Assembly: GCA_032718475.1 (NCBI GenBank)
Contig: JAUCBJ010005420.1
Span: forward strand, 1-36,031
Direction of reading: 5' to 3'
Length of the DNA: 36,031 bases
From: Nemertoderma westbladi
Taxonomy: Eukaryota; Animalia; Xenacoelomorpha
Shown here: in pieces, positions 1 to 10,956 of the stretch
Layout: each line of letters begins with the position of its first letter
How positions within the stretch are numbered: position 1 is the first letter of the stretch
Notes under the pieces: generated by a model
The model's database searches: none
What the model was told of the DNA's origin: nothing
The model's input: the letters and a program-made list of their open reading frames with translations, nothing else
Position numbers and translations under genes: made by a program

Positions 1-928
1 AGGGCTACTTGGTTACTTTAACTTACTTTGTTACCGTTATTTAAGCAGTAGTCCAACTGATAGTGAGACCTAGTTTTTGTATGACAGGCCTACTATTTAT
101 AAATCGTTTGATTTGATTTATAATATTTATATACCCGTTATATGGGTTTTTGTCAATATTTGAAATAAATGTTATTATTTCTGGGGGAGTCACTACACAG
201 AAGCCGAACGCCTCTCAGTGAAGTGCTATTTATTTGACACTAAAACTGATAATTCTAATTTACCTAAGTTACTTAATACTACAAATTACTTACGATATGG
301 GTGAGATTAATTCTCTAATTAAACACAACAAAATATTACGTACGAAATTTTTAGGGTAATTTTACAGGAAGTCTACAAACCAGCCTAACAAAGGGTTAGA
401 TTTCTGGCTATTACAAAGGACAGGGTACTACGGTATTTAAATAATAAGTAGTAGTAAATATACTGCGTTGTCCAGATAGGAAAATACCACCGCCTGACGA
501 CCTATAACCGTATCGCTATAGGTACTACGTTATGTATCACGGATTGTTCCTACCCAGAAGCTAATAGAGCTAACGAATGTGCCTATCAACCACTTTACAA
601 CACAAATATACTGCCTACACTAATTACTTCGGAAGGCACTGTACTCTAAACCCTAAATTAGGTACAAGTACCGGTATAACAAATAATCAGTAGTTAAATA
701 TACTTGAACAGTTAAAAGAACCACGGCATCTGCTGGAGTGACCGAAGCACAAAGTCGTCAGTCTTTACCTACGCCAAGCAGCCCTGATGTAGTACCGGGG
801 TTAGTTTAACTATAACGGTATGTATAACAAGCACAATTACTGTAGGAATAAACTTGGGGACATGAATGTTGCGAATAATCGCATAAACTCTGAATAATAA
901 ATATTACGCTACCCGTACAGAATACTCA

Positions 929-2240
929 AACAAATACAAACCAAACGCTGGCAGACTACTATTAAGCCTAAACAAACTACTGTATGTGCAGATTCTGAAA
1001 CTGTTAGTTAGTATGCGTGCTAACACGGTAGTACGACTTACTCTTTAAGAGGGGATTGACCTTACAGTTATGACTGCCCCAACTTACTAACGGCACTTGA
1101 TCAGACCAACTCTACACACGCAGCAATCCCTTCAGACCCAAAAATAGCTAGACAACAATCCAGCCTACAAATATTTGAGTAATAACTATTACGGTACCTG
1201 AACAGACCACACAAACAAACACAGGCTAAAACACTGGCAGACTACGATCAAGCCTAGATAAACTACAGTATATGCAGACTCTGAAACTGTTAGTTAGTAT
1301 GCGTGCTAACTAGGGCTCGATCGGAGCTCCGGCCTCCGGCTCCGGCTCCGGCCATTTTGGCACCTCCGGCTCCTGCTCCGGCTCCGGTAAAAATATTGCC
1401 GGAGTTAATTTTTTAATAAAGTATTATATTTCGTGCATATTCTAATCTGAACAATTATTTACACTATAAGTACTGTAGTCAGGTAGTACACAGTTTCAAT
1501 ATCAAGCATAATACTGCAGCATTTACGTAGTCAATGACTGACTGACTGTACTGCAGTACTGGTACTGGCCAGCTGGCTGACTAGCAGACTGTTACAGATA
1601 GGCCCTACTGTAAAAAAAATTGTTGTAAATGCTATGATTGCACACTGTACCACTGCAGCCATTTACTGACTGTCATGCCAGCATAATGTACTGCAGTACT
1701 GGTACACGTACGGTACAGCGGTAGGCTACCTACAGTACACACCTCTACCACAGTTACACAGTTAGTGAGTTAGGTACTGTAGGTAATTTTTAGCCGTCAG
1801 CATCAGGCCGTCTGTCCGTGATAAATTAATTACTTAAATTTTAAATTGAAAATTCGTAAATCTATAAATTATGAAATTAATTAGAGCTACAGCACAGCAG
1901 TATAATTGATTATGACTGTATGAGCGATTGGCGAACGATAACCATACAGCCATACCTTATTTTAAATAAATAATTAAATTTTTAAAATTTTTTAAAAACT
2001 CCGGCTCCTGCTCCGGCTCCGGCCAAATTGTCCAACTCCGGCTCCTGCTCCGGCTCCGGCCAAATCCCAACTCCGATCGAGCCCTAGTGCTAACACGGTA
2101 GTACGACTTACTCTTTAAGAGGGGATTGACCTTACAGTTATGACTGCCCCAACTTACTAACGGCACTTTATCAGACAAACTCTACACACGCCGTAATCTC
2201 TCCAAACCCAACCACAGTCAGACAGCAGCTCAGCCTACAA
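929..2240. repeat. Tandem duplication, ~286-bp period; second copy split by a hAT element
   Basis: ctggcagactac at 948 and 1234. Copy 1 (~929-1170) continues gtatgcgtgctaacacggtagtacgacttactctttaagagggg; in copy 2 the same text is split between 1310 and 2087-2240. Confidence 0.9.
1311..2086. mobile_element. Non-autonomous hAT DNA transposon (776 bp)
   Basis: 16-bp perfect TIR tagggctcgatcggag / ctccgatcgagcccta; 8-bp TSD gtgctaac at 1303-1310 and 2087-2094; subterminal ctccgg arrays at both ends; empty site with a single gtgctaac at 1017-1024; no transposase ORF. Confidence 0.93.
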
Positions 2241-2499
2241 TTATCTGAACAATCTGAGCAGACTTACACGTCTTCAGCTCAATATTAACTTACTAGGAAA
2301 TAAAACTGACAGAAATAAGTAAGCTCCAAAAGAAACAAGGGGTGTACAGTCCCTAATCTCTTAAACAGCCTACCGGTATACAATAATCAAAATCGAATAA
2401 TACTAAAAGTACTTGTACAGCAGTACCGGTACCGGTGATGACAGTTAGGCCTACTGACCTACAAAGTACCGGTTCAGTTTTACCGGTCACTACGGTATT

Positions 2500-2695
2500 T
2501 TGCAACCTTATTGCCTACTGCAATAAGATTGTAAACTGTTACTGTTCGTCAGAACAGTATTAAACTGTATTTAATGCCTACACTTGCAACCTTATTGCCT
2601 ACTGCAATAAGAATCTAAACTGTTACTGTTCGACAGAACAGTATTAAACTGTATTTAATGCTTACACTGCAATACAAGTTAACTGTTACTGTTCG
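2500..2695. repeat. 84-bp tandem repeat (2 copies plus partial), each unit with three short hairpins
   Basis: ttgcaaccttattgcc starts at 2500 and 2584; stems cttattgc/gcaataag, tactgttc/gaacagta, attaaa/tttaat. Confidence 0.85.
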
Positions 2696-3941
2696 CGCTT
2701 TTGAAGACCTTTAGCAGTTTAACCTGCCAAAATTTATATGTCTTTTAGTTAATTAAAACCACTTTAGCATACGACAATAATTTATGCTAATACGCAAAAC
2801 ATTAGCCGAAGTCAGCCCATGCGCGATCATTCACCCGATGGATCTACACCCGGGAGACTGAATTCGGATGCTTGAATTGTATTATTACAGTGTAAGGTTG
2901 CAGTGTATACCTAATGTATTATTCGATAGATCGTTAATAATTAATCTCTGACAGATATTATTGGCTTTCGGGAAATATTAACAGTTCCTTTAGGACGTGG
3001 CGCTTTATCTATTTAAACAGAACTAAGACTTATACTAAAACGCAACGATACTGCTTATGATTAAAGTATAAAGCGTATTCTTTAGGAAATACTTTGTTAC
3101 CAATCACGATCATACACACTATTCTGCCGACAGTCAGTACATTTGATCACACATAAAGAGAGCAGTAATTGACTCACGTAGGGTCTGCTAAATAACATTG
3201 GATTCAATACACACCACATTAATATAAATCGCAATTGTTATGTATAGCCGGTCTCTCTAACCTGTAGTGTTATCAAGAAAATTGGGAATTGGGTGATTTA
3301 TCCGTATTATCCAAATAGCAATATTTCCATCAACAAATAGGTACAATTAATAACTGACGGTAAAATAACAGTAAAAACAATATGATTAATGCAGTTAAGA
3401 TTGATTAAATTGATCGGTAGTTAGTTAGATGAGTTAATGAGTAGTTAGGGTAACAGTTTATACTTTCGATAATTTAAGCAGTTTACTAGAGTTCTTCCCA
3501 AAAAGCCGGTGTTTCTGGCTTAGACAGCAATAACAACAAAGTATCAAGTAAAAGCAGTAAGACTGAACACTCTCCTTATGATCGGCCGAAAAGCTACACG
3601 TCGACAGGAAAAAACGCTCTGATTGGCTCAAGCCAAACAAAGAATTATGCGTCCAATGGATGTTTCCATGTCAGCAACCAGCTGTTAGATGTCGTAATAT
3701 GAATCATCACGGCTAAGCTGTGAAAGGTAGTTGGTGCATTACAGGCTTTTTGCCTTACCATGTCCGCCAAAACACGTATATAGCAGAATGATTTTTATGT
3801 CCGTTAAAACACCTGTAACGGTACCTTGCGGGCGAGGGGAATATATATACAGTTAGAGAACCTTTTTAGAGTATTCCAGCGCCTGGGGGGAAACTGGATT
3901 GCGAAGCAAAAGGGGCCAGTTATATCCCACAGAAGCTTTTA

Positions 3942-4432
3942 CAATTATCATCATAACTGTGAGCCTGTCTGCCTATACATGATTGTGGATTGTATTTACA
4001 CACGGCAGCACGGTACCGTATCGCTGTAGGAGTGGACTTTAGGCTTACCTCCCGCTGTATGGGCCTTGGCCTACCGGTACTCATATACTGTCACTGGGTA
4101 ATGCTGTAATGTAGCGTTAGGCTGTTAGGTACAAATGACATTCGGACATTAATGCCTCAGTATTGCAGTATTGTGGACCACAAGATGTAGGCCTATCACA
4201 AGCACAAGGTGTAATGCTACAGGGCCTAAAGTATACTGATTTGTACCTAACAGCCTAACGCATTACAGCATTACCCAGTGACAGTATATGAGTACTGGTA
4301 GGCCAAGGCCCATACAGCCATACAGCGGGAGGTAAGCCTAAAGTCCACTCCTACAGCGATACGGTACACCGTGTGTAAATACAATCCACAATCATGTATA
4401 GGCAGACAGGCTCACAGGTATGATGATAATTG
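3942..4432. repeat. Long inverted repeat (fold-back), ~195-bp arms, ~100-bp spacer
   Basis: 3942-4136 (caattatcatcata...gttaggtacaaat) is the near-exact reverse complement of 4239-4432 with a few small indels; no TSD found. Confidence 0.9.
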
Positions 4433-4486
4433 CAATTGCTAAATACAGTATATAGAAAGTGATAATTCAAATTTCCCTCTCAGCTA

Positions 4487-4612
4487 TTTTTGGCCCAAAC
4501 GGCAAGATAAAATAACATACCATTACAACTTTTGGCCCAAACGGCAAGATAAAAAACATACCATTATAACTTTTTAATATAATGTTTTTTTTATTTTTGG
4601 CCCAAACGGCGC
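4487..4612. repeat. 42-bp tandem repeat with ttttggcccaaacggc core (probable transposon subterminal repeat)
   Basis: tggcccaaacggc at 4491, 4533 and 4598. Confidence 0.75.
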
Positions 4613-4842
4613 CCCATAGGAATCTGCAGATGAAGGCGGTTCTAATGATATCTAGATTACATTCCAAAGACGAATGTTGCCCACGAAATGGGTTGAAATG
4701 TTGTACGAATGGGTTAAACAAAATGTTTCCATAATAAAAGATTTATTCAGTCAATGATCTAAAGTTTATTCTGTTGATTTCGCATCATTTATTCTAGAAC
4801 AGCAATTTAATTACAATATTAATTATTACTTAATTTAGTTAC

Positions 4843-6074
4843 AATAGGGATGGTGCGCGAAAAAATTATTTGGCTTGAAACAATTGAATAAGGGGTAACA
4901 AGGTGCTCTGAATTGAGTAGTGGGGTGTGTTTTTTGTAAAAACATGAGGAAACGGTCGAAATGGCGGGTTTAAGTAAGAGCCGGAAGCCAATTTTGAAAA
5001 TCGTCTGAGATTGGCTACTACATATTTGACGTCATTACGCAGTGCTCTTATAATTTCTTATATGGTTTTCTATGGGGGGTGATTTTAGATCCATTAAAAT
5101 ACACATTTAATCTCTAATTCATTAAGTGGCTTAGATCATTTGAAAGCAGAAAGTCTTGCGGGTCTTTTGAAACCACAATTAATTAAATTCATGGAGATGA
5201 ACATTGATTAAATTCATAAATTCACAATTATTATAAACTCGCAGATTGCCTGACCGGCACGTAGTGCTGAACCGACTCAGCCCTATCCCCCTCTCACTCT
5301 ATCGTATCGGAGTATTGCAGCTAAGTTGATTAACTAGCAGATAGTGGCGCACTTTGACCGCACGTGAAAATTGTGATCTTCAGCGCAAATTAACCGCAAG
5401 TGAAATAATGTATAGTTTTTTGTTTTGGTTAGAAAACACCGCCACTGTAACCTGTTCCCTTCCCTCAATGTTTTTAATTTAATTAAACCAAATTTTAATA
5501 CCCACTAAAACTTATTTTGTGTTTGCGGTCATTTCGCGCCATTGACTCTTAACTTGAGTAAACCTACCGCTCGTACAATACCGGTGACATTTCAACTTAA
5601 TGAACCTAAGCTGCAATACAGCAATGTTGTACTCCGAACTCCAATGATGAGTGGTTGAGTCCTTGCATACCGGTCAGGCAATCTGTGAATTTATTCATTT
5701 AGATTTAATCAATGTTAATCACCATGAATTGAAATAATTGTGGTGACAAAATACCGCAAGACAATCTGCTTTCAATTAACATAAGCCACGTATGAAATGA
5801 TTGAGATTTAATGTGTATTTAAATGGATCTAAAATCACCCCCGATAGAAAACAATATAAGAAATTATCGGAGCACTGCGTAATGACGTCAAATATGTAGC
5901 AGCCAATCACAGTCGATTTTCAAAACTGGCTTTCCGGGCTTACTTAAACCCGCCATTTAGACCGTTTCCACGTGTTTTTACAAAAAACACACCCCGCCAC
6001 TCGATTCAGGGCACCTTCTTACCTCTTATTCAATTGTTTCTAGCCCAACAATTTTTCCGCGCACCAACCCTATT
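4843..6074. mobile_element. Large palindromic MITE / fold-back DNA element (~1.23 kb)
   Basis: aatagggatggtgcgcg... / ...cgcgcaccaaccctatt termini; arms align as diverged inverted repeats over ~415 bp (4843-5257 vs 5670-6074); flanked by ac on both sides (possible 2-bp TSD); superfamily not assigned. Confidence 0.85.
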
Positions 6075-6098
6075 ACGTTTGTAATTATTAATAAATTT

Positions 6099-6339
6099 GG
6101 AAACAGTTCCACCCTTGCCAACATTTTCGTTGTTTTTTTTTCAACGAATTGCCATGCTTTTTTGTGAGTTTTTTTCGTGATAAATGTTCTAGAACGTATA
6201 TTGAGTGTTCTAGAACTAACTTCTAGAACGAATTCGAAATATCCTAGAATACTTCACACTAACATTAAAAAATAGTAGCTAGTAAATTATACACATTTTA
6301 GAGCAAAATGAAAATGTTGGCATGGGCGGAACTCTAGCC
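6099..6339. mobile_element. Merlin-like non-autonomous DNA transposon, short internally deleted copy (241 bp)
   Basis: GG...CC termini; imperfect ~30-bp TIR ggaaacagttccacccttgccaacattttc / gaaaatgttggcatgggcggaactctagcc; 8-bp TSD ataaattt at 6091-6098 and 6340-6347; same family as 25178-28187. Confidence 0.8.
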
Positions 6340-6687
6340 ATAAATTTAGCATTAAAAATTAGTTTTTATTAGTTTTTATTTTCATTAGTTGTTTTGTTGT
6401 AGGATCTTTAGCTCCAGTAACAAGTTTAATGAAAGTTTAATGTTGGTTTGATTATTTGAATAACGTTCTGGAATATCATATTCACACACAAAGTAGGCCT
6501 ATAGCTAGTATTATTTAATTACACAATGGTGCAGAATTCATCTCAAATTTGCGATAAATTCGATAAGAGAAAGAGTACCAGTATCGGAAACCGGCACTTC
6601 TTATCACTACAGTAATTTTAATTGACCGAACCATTATTAACTATTCCTCGATAATACCGATTGGATTATAAAGTCTGACAAAAAAAT

Positions 6688-7144
6688 CAGGTCAGGTCGG
6701 GTATTCTAGGTCATTGATCAAGAAAACTTGCCACCTCCATGCAGCATAAAGGAGGTGCCACCTGTAGCTGCATAGACCCTCTTAACAGGGCAAATCTGGT
6801 CCTGTAACTAGGACCCCCTTCGTTCTGGGATAAGGACGCCCTTGGTCCTGGATTAAGGACCCATATACTTGGCTGCAGGGGTATATGGCCTGACCAGGCA
6901 GATGGTGATCTACCAATGGCTGATTAGGAGTAGAGTGTTCTCATGTCCACTCTGAGGGCACTTCACTGCGACCTGCACCTGGCAGCAAGGGTACAGGGCA
7001 TGACCCAGCAGATGAGCTGCAACAGCCAATGGTGGGTCATGTACGCCAGAGTAGATATGGGTGATGGGCCTCATATCTGACTCCATTGCGACACCCACCC
7101 TGTGGAATGGCAAACCAGGGTGTGGTATTTGCCCCGAGAGCTAG
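6688..7144 (-). mobile_element. Degenerate 3' fragment of a non-LTR retrotransposon (probably RTE clade) between 69-bp direct repeats
   Basis: 457-bp GC-richer insert between identical 69-bp repeats (6619-6687, 7145-7213); minus-strand tail gacctgacctg; remnant peptide ESDMRPITHI...LLGHA resembles RTE ORF C-termini. Confidence 0.6.
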
Positions 7145-7287
7145 TAATTGACCGAACCATTATTAACTATTCCTCGATAATACCGATTGGATTATAAAGT
7201 CTGACAAAAAAATGTCACTTTCTTTTTGTAAAGGAAATAGTTATTAATTATAGGCCTAACTGTATTATTACATATACTGTAGTACCG

Positions 7288-7434
7288 AAAGTAATATTTG
7301 GCCTGCCCTGCACCCACCCCACCACCTTTATTGAAACTTTTTGCAGATCTCATAAAATGAACAAAACAATGAACAGTTAAAATATTCAATAAGGGAGGGT
7401 GGGGGAGGGCAGGGAGCAGACCAAGTAATACCTT
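7288..7434. mobile_element. Small decayed MITE (~147 bp)
   Basis: aaagtaatatttggcctgccctgc vs gcagggagcagaccaagtaatacctt, plus inner ctttattgaa/ttcaataagg, form imperfect ~45-bp inverted arms. Confidence 0.55.
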
Positions 7435-7582
7435 ACCTAAATTATACATTGAAAAAAGAAGTAAAAAACTGAAACGGGAAAAGGGAACCTAAGCCACACT
7501 TTTGCCAAACATATTATAGTGTTTGTGTTAAATACAATGTTGGAAAGGGAATAAAGATATTATATCTTTAAATCAGTTTAAT

Positions 7583-8116
7583 ATGTTTATTAAAGATAGT
7601 TCGCATTCAAATAGCAAGAAGCATTCATTAGAGCAGATTAAAGCTATAAATTGTAGGAGACATACATTACCTGAGATTAAAGCAACAGCAGATAGTAAGA
7701 GGAATTCATTGTATGAAATTAAAGCTACAAAGTATGGTAAGAGACAATCATTAAAAATAACATCGTCTTTAACGTCAAATAGTACCGTGCTCTCATCAAA
7801 TACTTGTAGTGATGAACATACAGGAGGCGGTACTACTACCGATACAAGCAGATCAGATGTAGACGCGCCAAAAATAGAGGAGACATATGGGGATTGGAAT
7901 TGTAAATGGAAAAAGTTCATAAAATGGCAATGGGAAATTATGGATGCTTTCAAGAACGCCATTGATTCTTGCACTTCTAAAACGGAATCAAAAGCTGCTC
8001 GAATCCTCAAATATCAATCATTTTTATTCGAGTTAGATTGCTTGAGGAAATTGTCACCAAATTATCCAATAAGAAAAATACATGTTGAACTCCCCGCACT
8101 AGAACTGGTAGGATAG
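7583..8116 (+). CDS. Hypothetical 177-aa protein with four N-terminal [KR][KR]x[ST]L repeats
   Basis: 534-bp ATG-TAG ORF in very AT-rich DNA; in-frame 39-42-bp internal repeats; Ser/Thr-rich linker; aromatic, helical-looking C-terminus; no family recognised. Confidence 0.6.
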   Translation: MFIKDSSHSNSKKHSLEQIKAINCRRHTLPEIKATADSKRNSLYEIKATKYGKRQSLKITSSLTSNSTVLSSNTCSDEHTGGGTTTDTSRSDVDAPKIEETYGDWNCKWKKFIKWQWEIMDAFKNAIDSCTSKTESKAARILKYQSFLFELDCLRKLSPNYPIRKIHVELPALELVG

Positions 8117-8357
8117 ACTTATAAACCTGAACCTGTAGTCTGGGGGTGACTGGGTCGTACCCAATACCTATTGTTTTATCTATATTAGCTAAAACAAAAA
8201 CACTAGCTACAATAAAAAAACATATCTACCAATATTCTAGAACACTTACCAATAACAAAAAAAATTACCACATTTTTAAAATTTCAAAAATAGTCACACA
8301 AGCTACATATATTAGTGCCAAAGCTTCTTCAGTTGTAGTTGTAGTGACAGATAGGTA

Positions 8358-8645
8358 GGGGGGGGGGTGGGGGGGGGGGGGGGGGGGGGGGGGGGAGGGG
8401 ACACTTTCGACGCAATAAAAAATCGTACCTCTCCAGGGGAAATTCGACGCAAATAACAGCTGATTACTCTCAAAAATAAAACTGTAACCTGTTCTATTGT
8501 GTTTGGTTTATTGTTTTGGTTAAAATAACCTGCCACTGTAACCTGCTCCTTTCCCTAAATTGAGAATTTAACATTGAGGCGGCCGATATTAATTCGCCAA
8601 GATGGCATTTGCGTCCAGTTGCCCCCCCCCCCCCCCCCCCCCCCC
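8358..8645. mobile_element. Probable MITE bounded by a poly-G and a poly-C run
   Basis: G run 8358-8400 followed by acactttcgacgcaa; ttgcgtccagttg followed by C run 8622-8645 (imperfect inverted termini); internal gccactgtaacctg..c.ttccct motif also at ~5441 and, diverged, at ~16376. Confidence 0.45.
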
Positions 8646-8928
8646 GTCTCATTATTACACACCAAAAAAATAAAATTAGTCGATTTTAAAAACATTATTA
8701 TCAATTAAAAAATTAAATACAATTAAAAAAATAAATCCAGAACATAATTTTTTACCTTACAATAGCTAAGCTAACATAACATAATATTTCTGAAATAAAA
8801 AAGTGCAAAAACTAGTTATAGTAGCAAAACTCGTCGGTATTATTCATTATATTCTTACAATCGTGGGTAAGGTATCAATACGTTTGAACGAAACCAAAGT
8901 GGCCAAACTGGCTATTCGAAGCTTCGAT

Positions 8929-9310
8929 GGGGTATTTGAGGACGGTGCTTTCATTTCTAATGTCAGTTTTTATGTTTTATGTATTTAAGACTGTTTGTAT
9001 GTCTGTCGGACTGTCATTTTTTGACAGACAGACCGACAGACACAGTCCAGATTTCTTCAAGCATGAAAACTGACATATTAGAAATGAAATCACCGCCCAG
9101 AATTACCCCCATAACGATGATTTTAGTCTTCTAGTATAATTCTTAATTTTTGACAGACAAACAGACAGACCGACAGACAGACACAGTCTAAATTTCTTCA
9201 AGCATGAAAACTGACATCGGAAATGAATTCTTCGACCATAAATATCCCCACAACAAAATTTTAGTTATATAGGATGCTGTTATATATTTGACAGACAGAC
9301 AGACAGATGA
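8929..9310. repeat. Interspersed repeat with (GACA)n tracts, one inverted and two tandem sub-units (Helentron/DINE-1-like architecture)
   Basis: gacagacacagtc..atttcttcaagcatgaaaactgacat..gaaatgaa at ~9030-9090 and ~9175-9230; diverged reverse-complement copy at 8929-9006. Confidence 0.6.
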
Positions 9311-10086
9311 ACAGAGAGAGTTACATTTACTTTTCAAAATTGCTATTATTAAATTTTCCTTTTATTAACTTTCAGTATTTCTTTCGTAACTTTTGAACTA
9401 TGGATCGCAATTACATGTGGGTGGGTGCTTTTGAAAGCTAATTAAAATGCGCTTCTTCTGTAATACATAACAAACAAATTAATATTTATCGGAATCGGCT
9501 GGTTTCTATATGCACTGACACAGATTTGGAATCTCCTCATTAATTGACCTTGGTAGTACAAATAATAGATTATCAAACCCGGACCTGTGGCCCCTGGACT
9601 ACACAGGTAAAAAAAAGGCAAAAATCGTGGTAATGATAACATTGAGTTCATTCTACTTCTAAATGTTTCAAGTCAGTTTTTATAAGAAAGCCGAATGCAC
9701 AAAAAGTGCAATCTAAATTACCACATTAAAAAAATACTTATAATATATTGTCATTGTAAACTTTTAACAATTAATTATCGGTTGTATCTAAAATAACAAA
9801 TTTAATGACGGCTAATTTTTTCAACAATAATAATTCGTGGATAAGTATATTTTTTTTTTATCTCGGTCGTGATTCTCAGTGTAAGAATATATTTTTATCG
9901 TCAGTCCAGTCGGCTGTGTAGGTGTGTGTGTTAGCAGTCGGTTAACTCCTAATTGACCGGGTATTAACTTAACGTTAAAACGATTTTTGCTTTTGAGACG
10001 TCTGATCTATTTATTAGAAACAGGTTGACATTTGTGAACTCCCTGAAATAACTGACTGCAGTTCTTGGGATGCAGTTAAATCTCAT

Positions 10087-10956
10087 ATGTGTTCATACAT
10101 TGACGCGCACCTGTCGGTATTAACTGGCCACAAATCCCCAGAAGAAATAAAGGCGATGAAACAGAAAGTAATTCAGACATCTGAACTCTGTAAAAAGTAC
10201 TCAAACATATTAAAAGTAGAGTTTAACGATTGGTTAAAGTACGCAAGGATAAGAATAGCGAGCAGTTTCATGAGAGATGAGGTAAGGAGAATTAAACAGC
10301 AACAGCAACAGCACCAACAAGACAAGTGTGGCGATGAGATAAATTTCGTTCTGCCACTGGTAGAAAGATCAAGCGACCTCTGCTTCCAGAATGTTCAAAA
10401 TCCAAAAAAATATACAAATGCAAGAAAGTTACAAAGTATATATAAAAAGAAAAGCACGGGAGCCGTCAAGGAGAAAGAATTGTTTCGAGCTTATGATAGT
10501 CCTCCGTTTCCGGGGGAGGGTTTACCATATAAAATAGCGAGGAAATCTGAAATCGGTTACCACGGGTTGCAACTTGAACCCGGTGGTGCCGGTATTGTAC
10601 GTGTCGACAGAATAAGTGGAAGGAGAACGCGCCCGGAAGGTGTTCAATATTGTATAGACAATGAGATTTACAATCTAGTGGATATCCTTGACAAACCATA
10701 TAACTTCAATCTTAATGAAATAGAAGCACCGCCAGTGAGTGGAATGCGGTACCTATTGCGTCCCGAGCAGCAGCCACCTGGGGAGACAATGATTAAACAC
10801 ATGATAGCGAAGGAGCAAATGGAATTCTGGAAGAGTGAAAAAGCGCATCTTCGCGAAACTAAAAAAGTATCACAACGGTTCGGAGTTGAAGGGCGAAGGG
10901 AGATGAGAAGTTGTCTAATGGGAACAGCAAAGAAATTAATGTTAAAATTTAACTGA
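10087..10956 (+). CDS. Hypothetical 289-aa basic protein, single ORF
   Basis: 870-bp ATG-TGA ORF, GC above flanks, natural composition with a short poly-Q; no transposase, RT or other family motif recognised. Confidence 0.75.
   Translation: MCSYIDAHLSVLTGHKSPEEIKAMKQKVIQTSELCKKYSNILKVEFNDWLKYARIRIASSFMRDEVRRIKQQQQQHQQDKCGDEINFVLPLVERSSDLCFQNVQNPKKYTNARKLQSIYKKKSTGAVKEKELFRAYDSPPFPGEGLPYKIARKSEIGYHGLQLEPGGAGIVRVDRISGRRTRPEGVQYCIDNEIYNLVDILDKPYNFNLNEIEAPPVSGMRYLLRPEQQPPGETMIKHMIAKEQMEFWKSEKAHLRETKKVSQRFGVEGRREMRSCLMGTAKKLMLKFN

Noticed and set aside
488-530. Hammerhead-like ctgacga followed by a cctata/tatagg stem
   Set aside because: The required GAAA after stem II is missing and stems I and III were not found.
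1957-2178. RS/PE-repeat ORF and other ORFs under 100 aa in repeats
   Set aside because: They cross transposon boundaries and translate subterminal or simple repeats.
29-3455. tgttacc...ggtaaca as LTR or Ginger-type termini
   Set aside because: Only 7 bp of inverted match, flanks (actt/gttt) are not a TSD, and there is no internal coding remnant.
7573-8010. 145-aa antisense ORF
   Set aside because: Mirror frame of 7583-8116, whose repeat motif is more coherent; strand not proven without RNA data.
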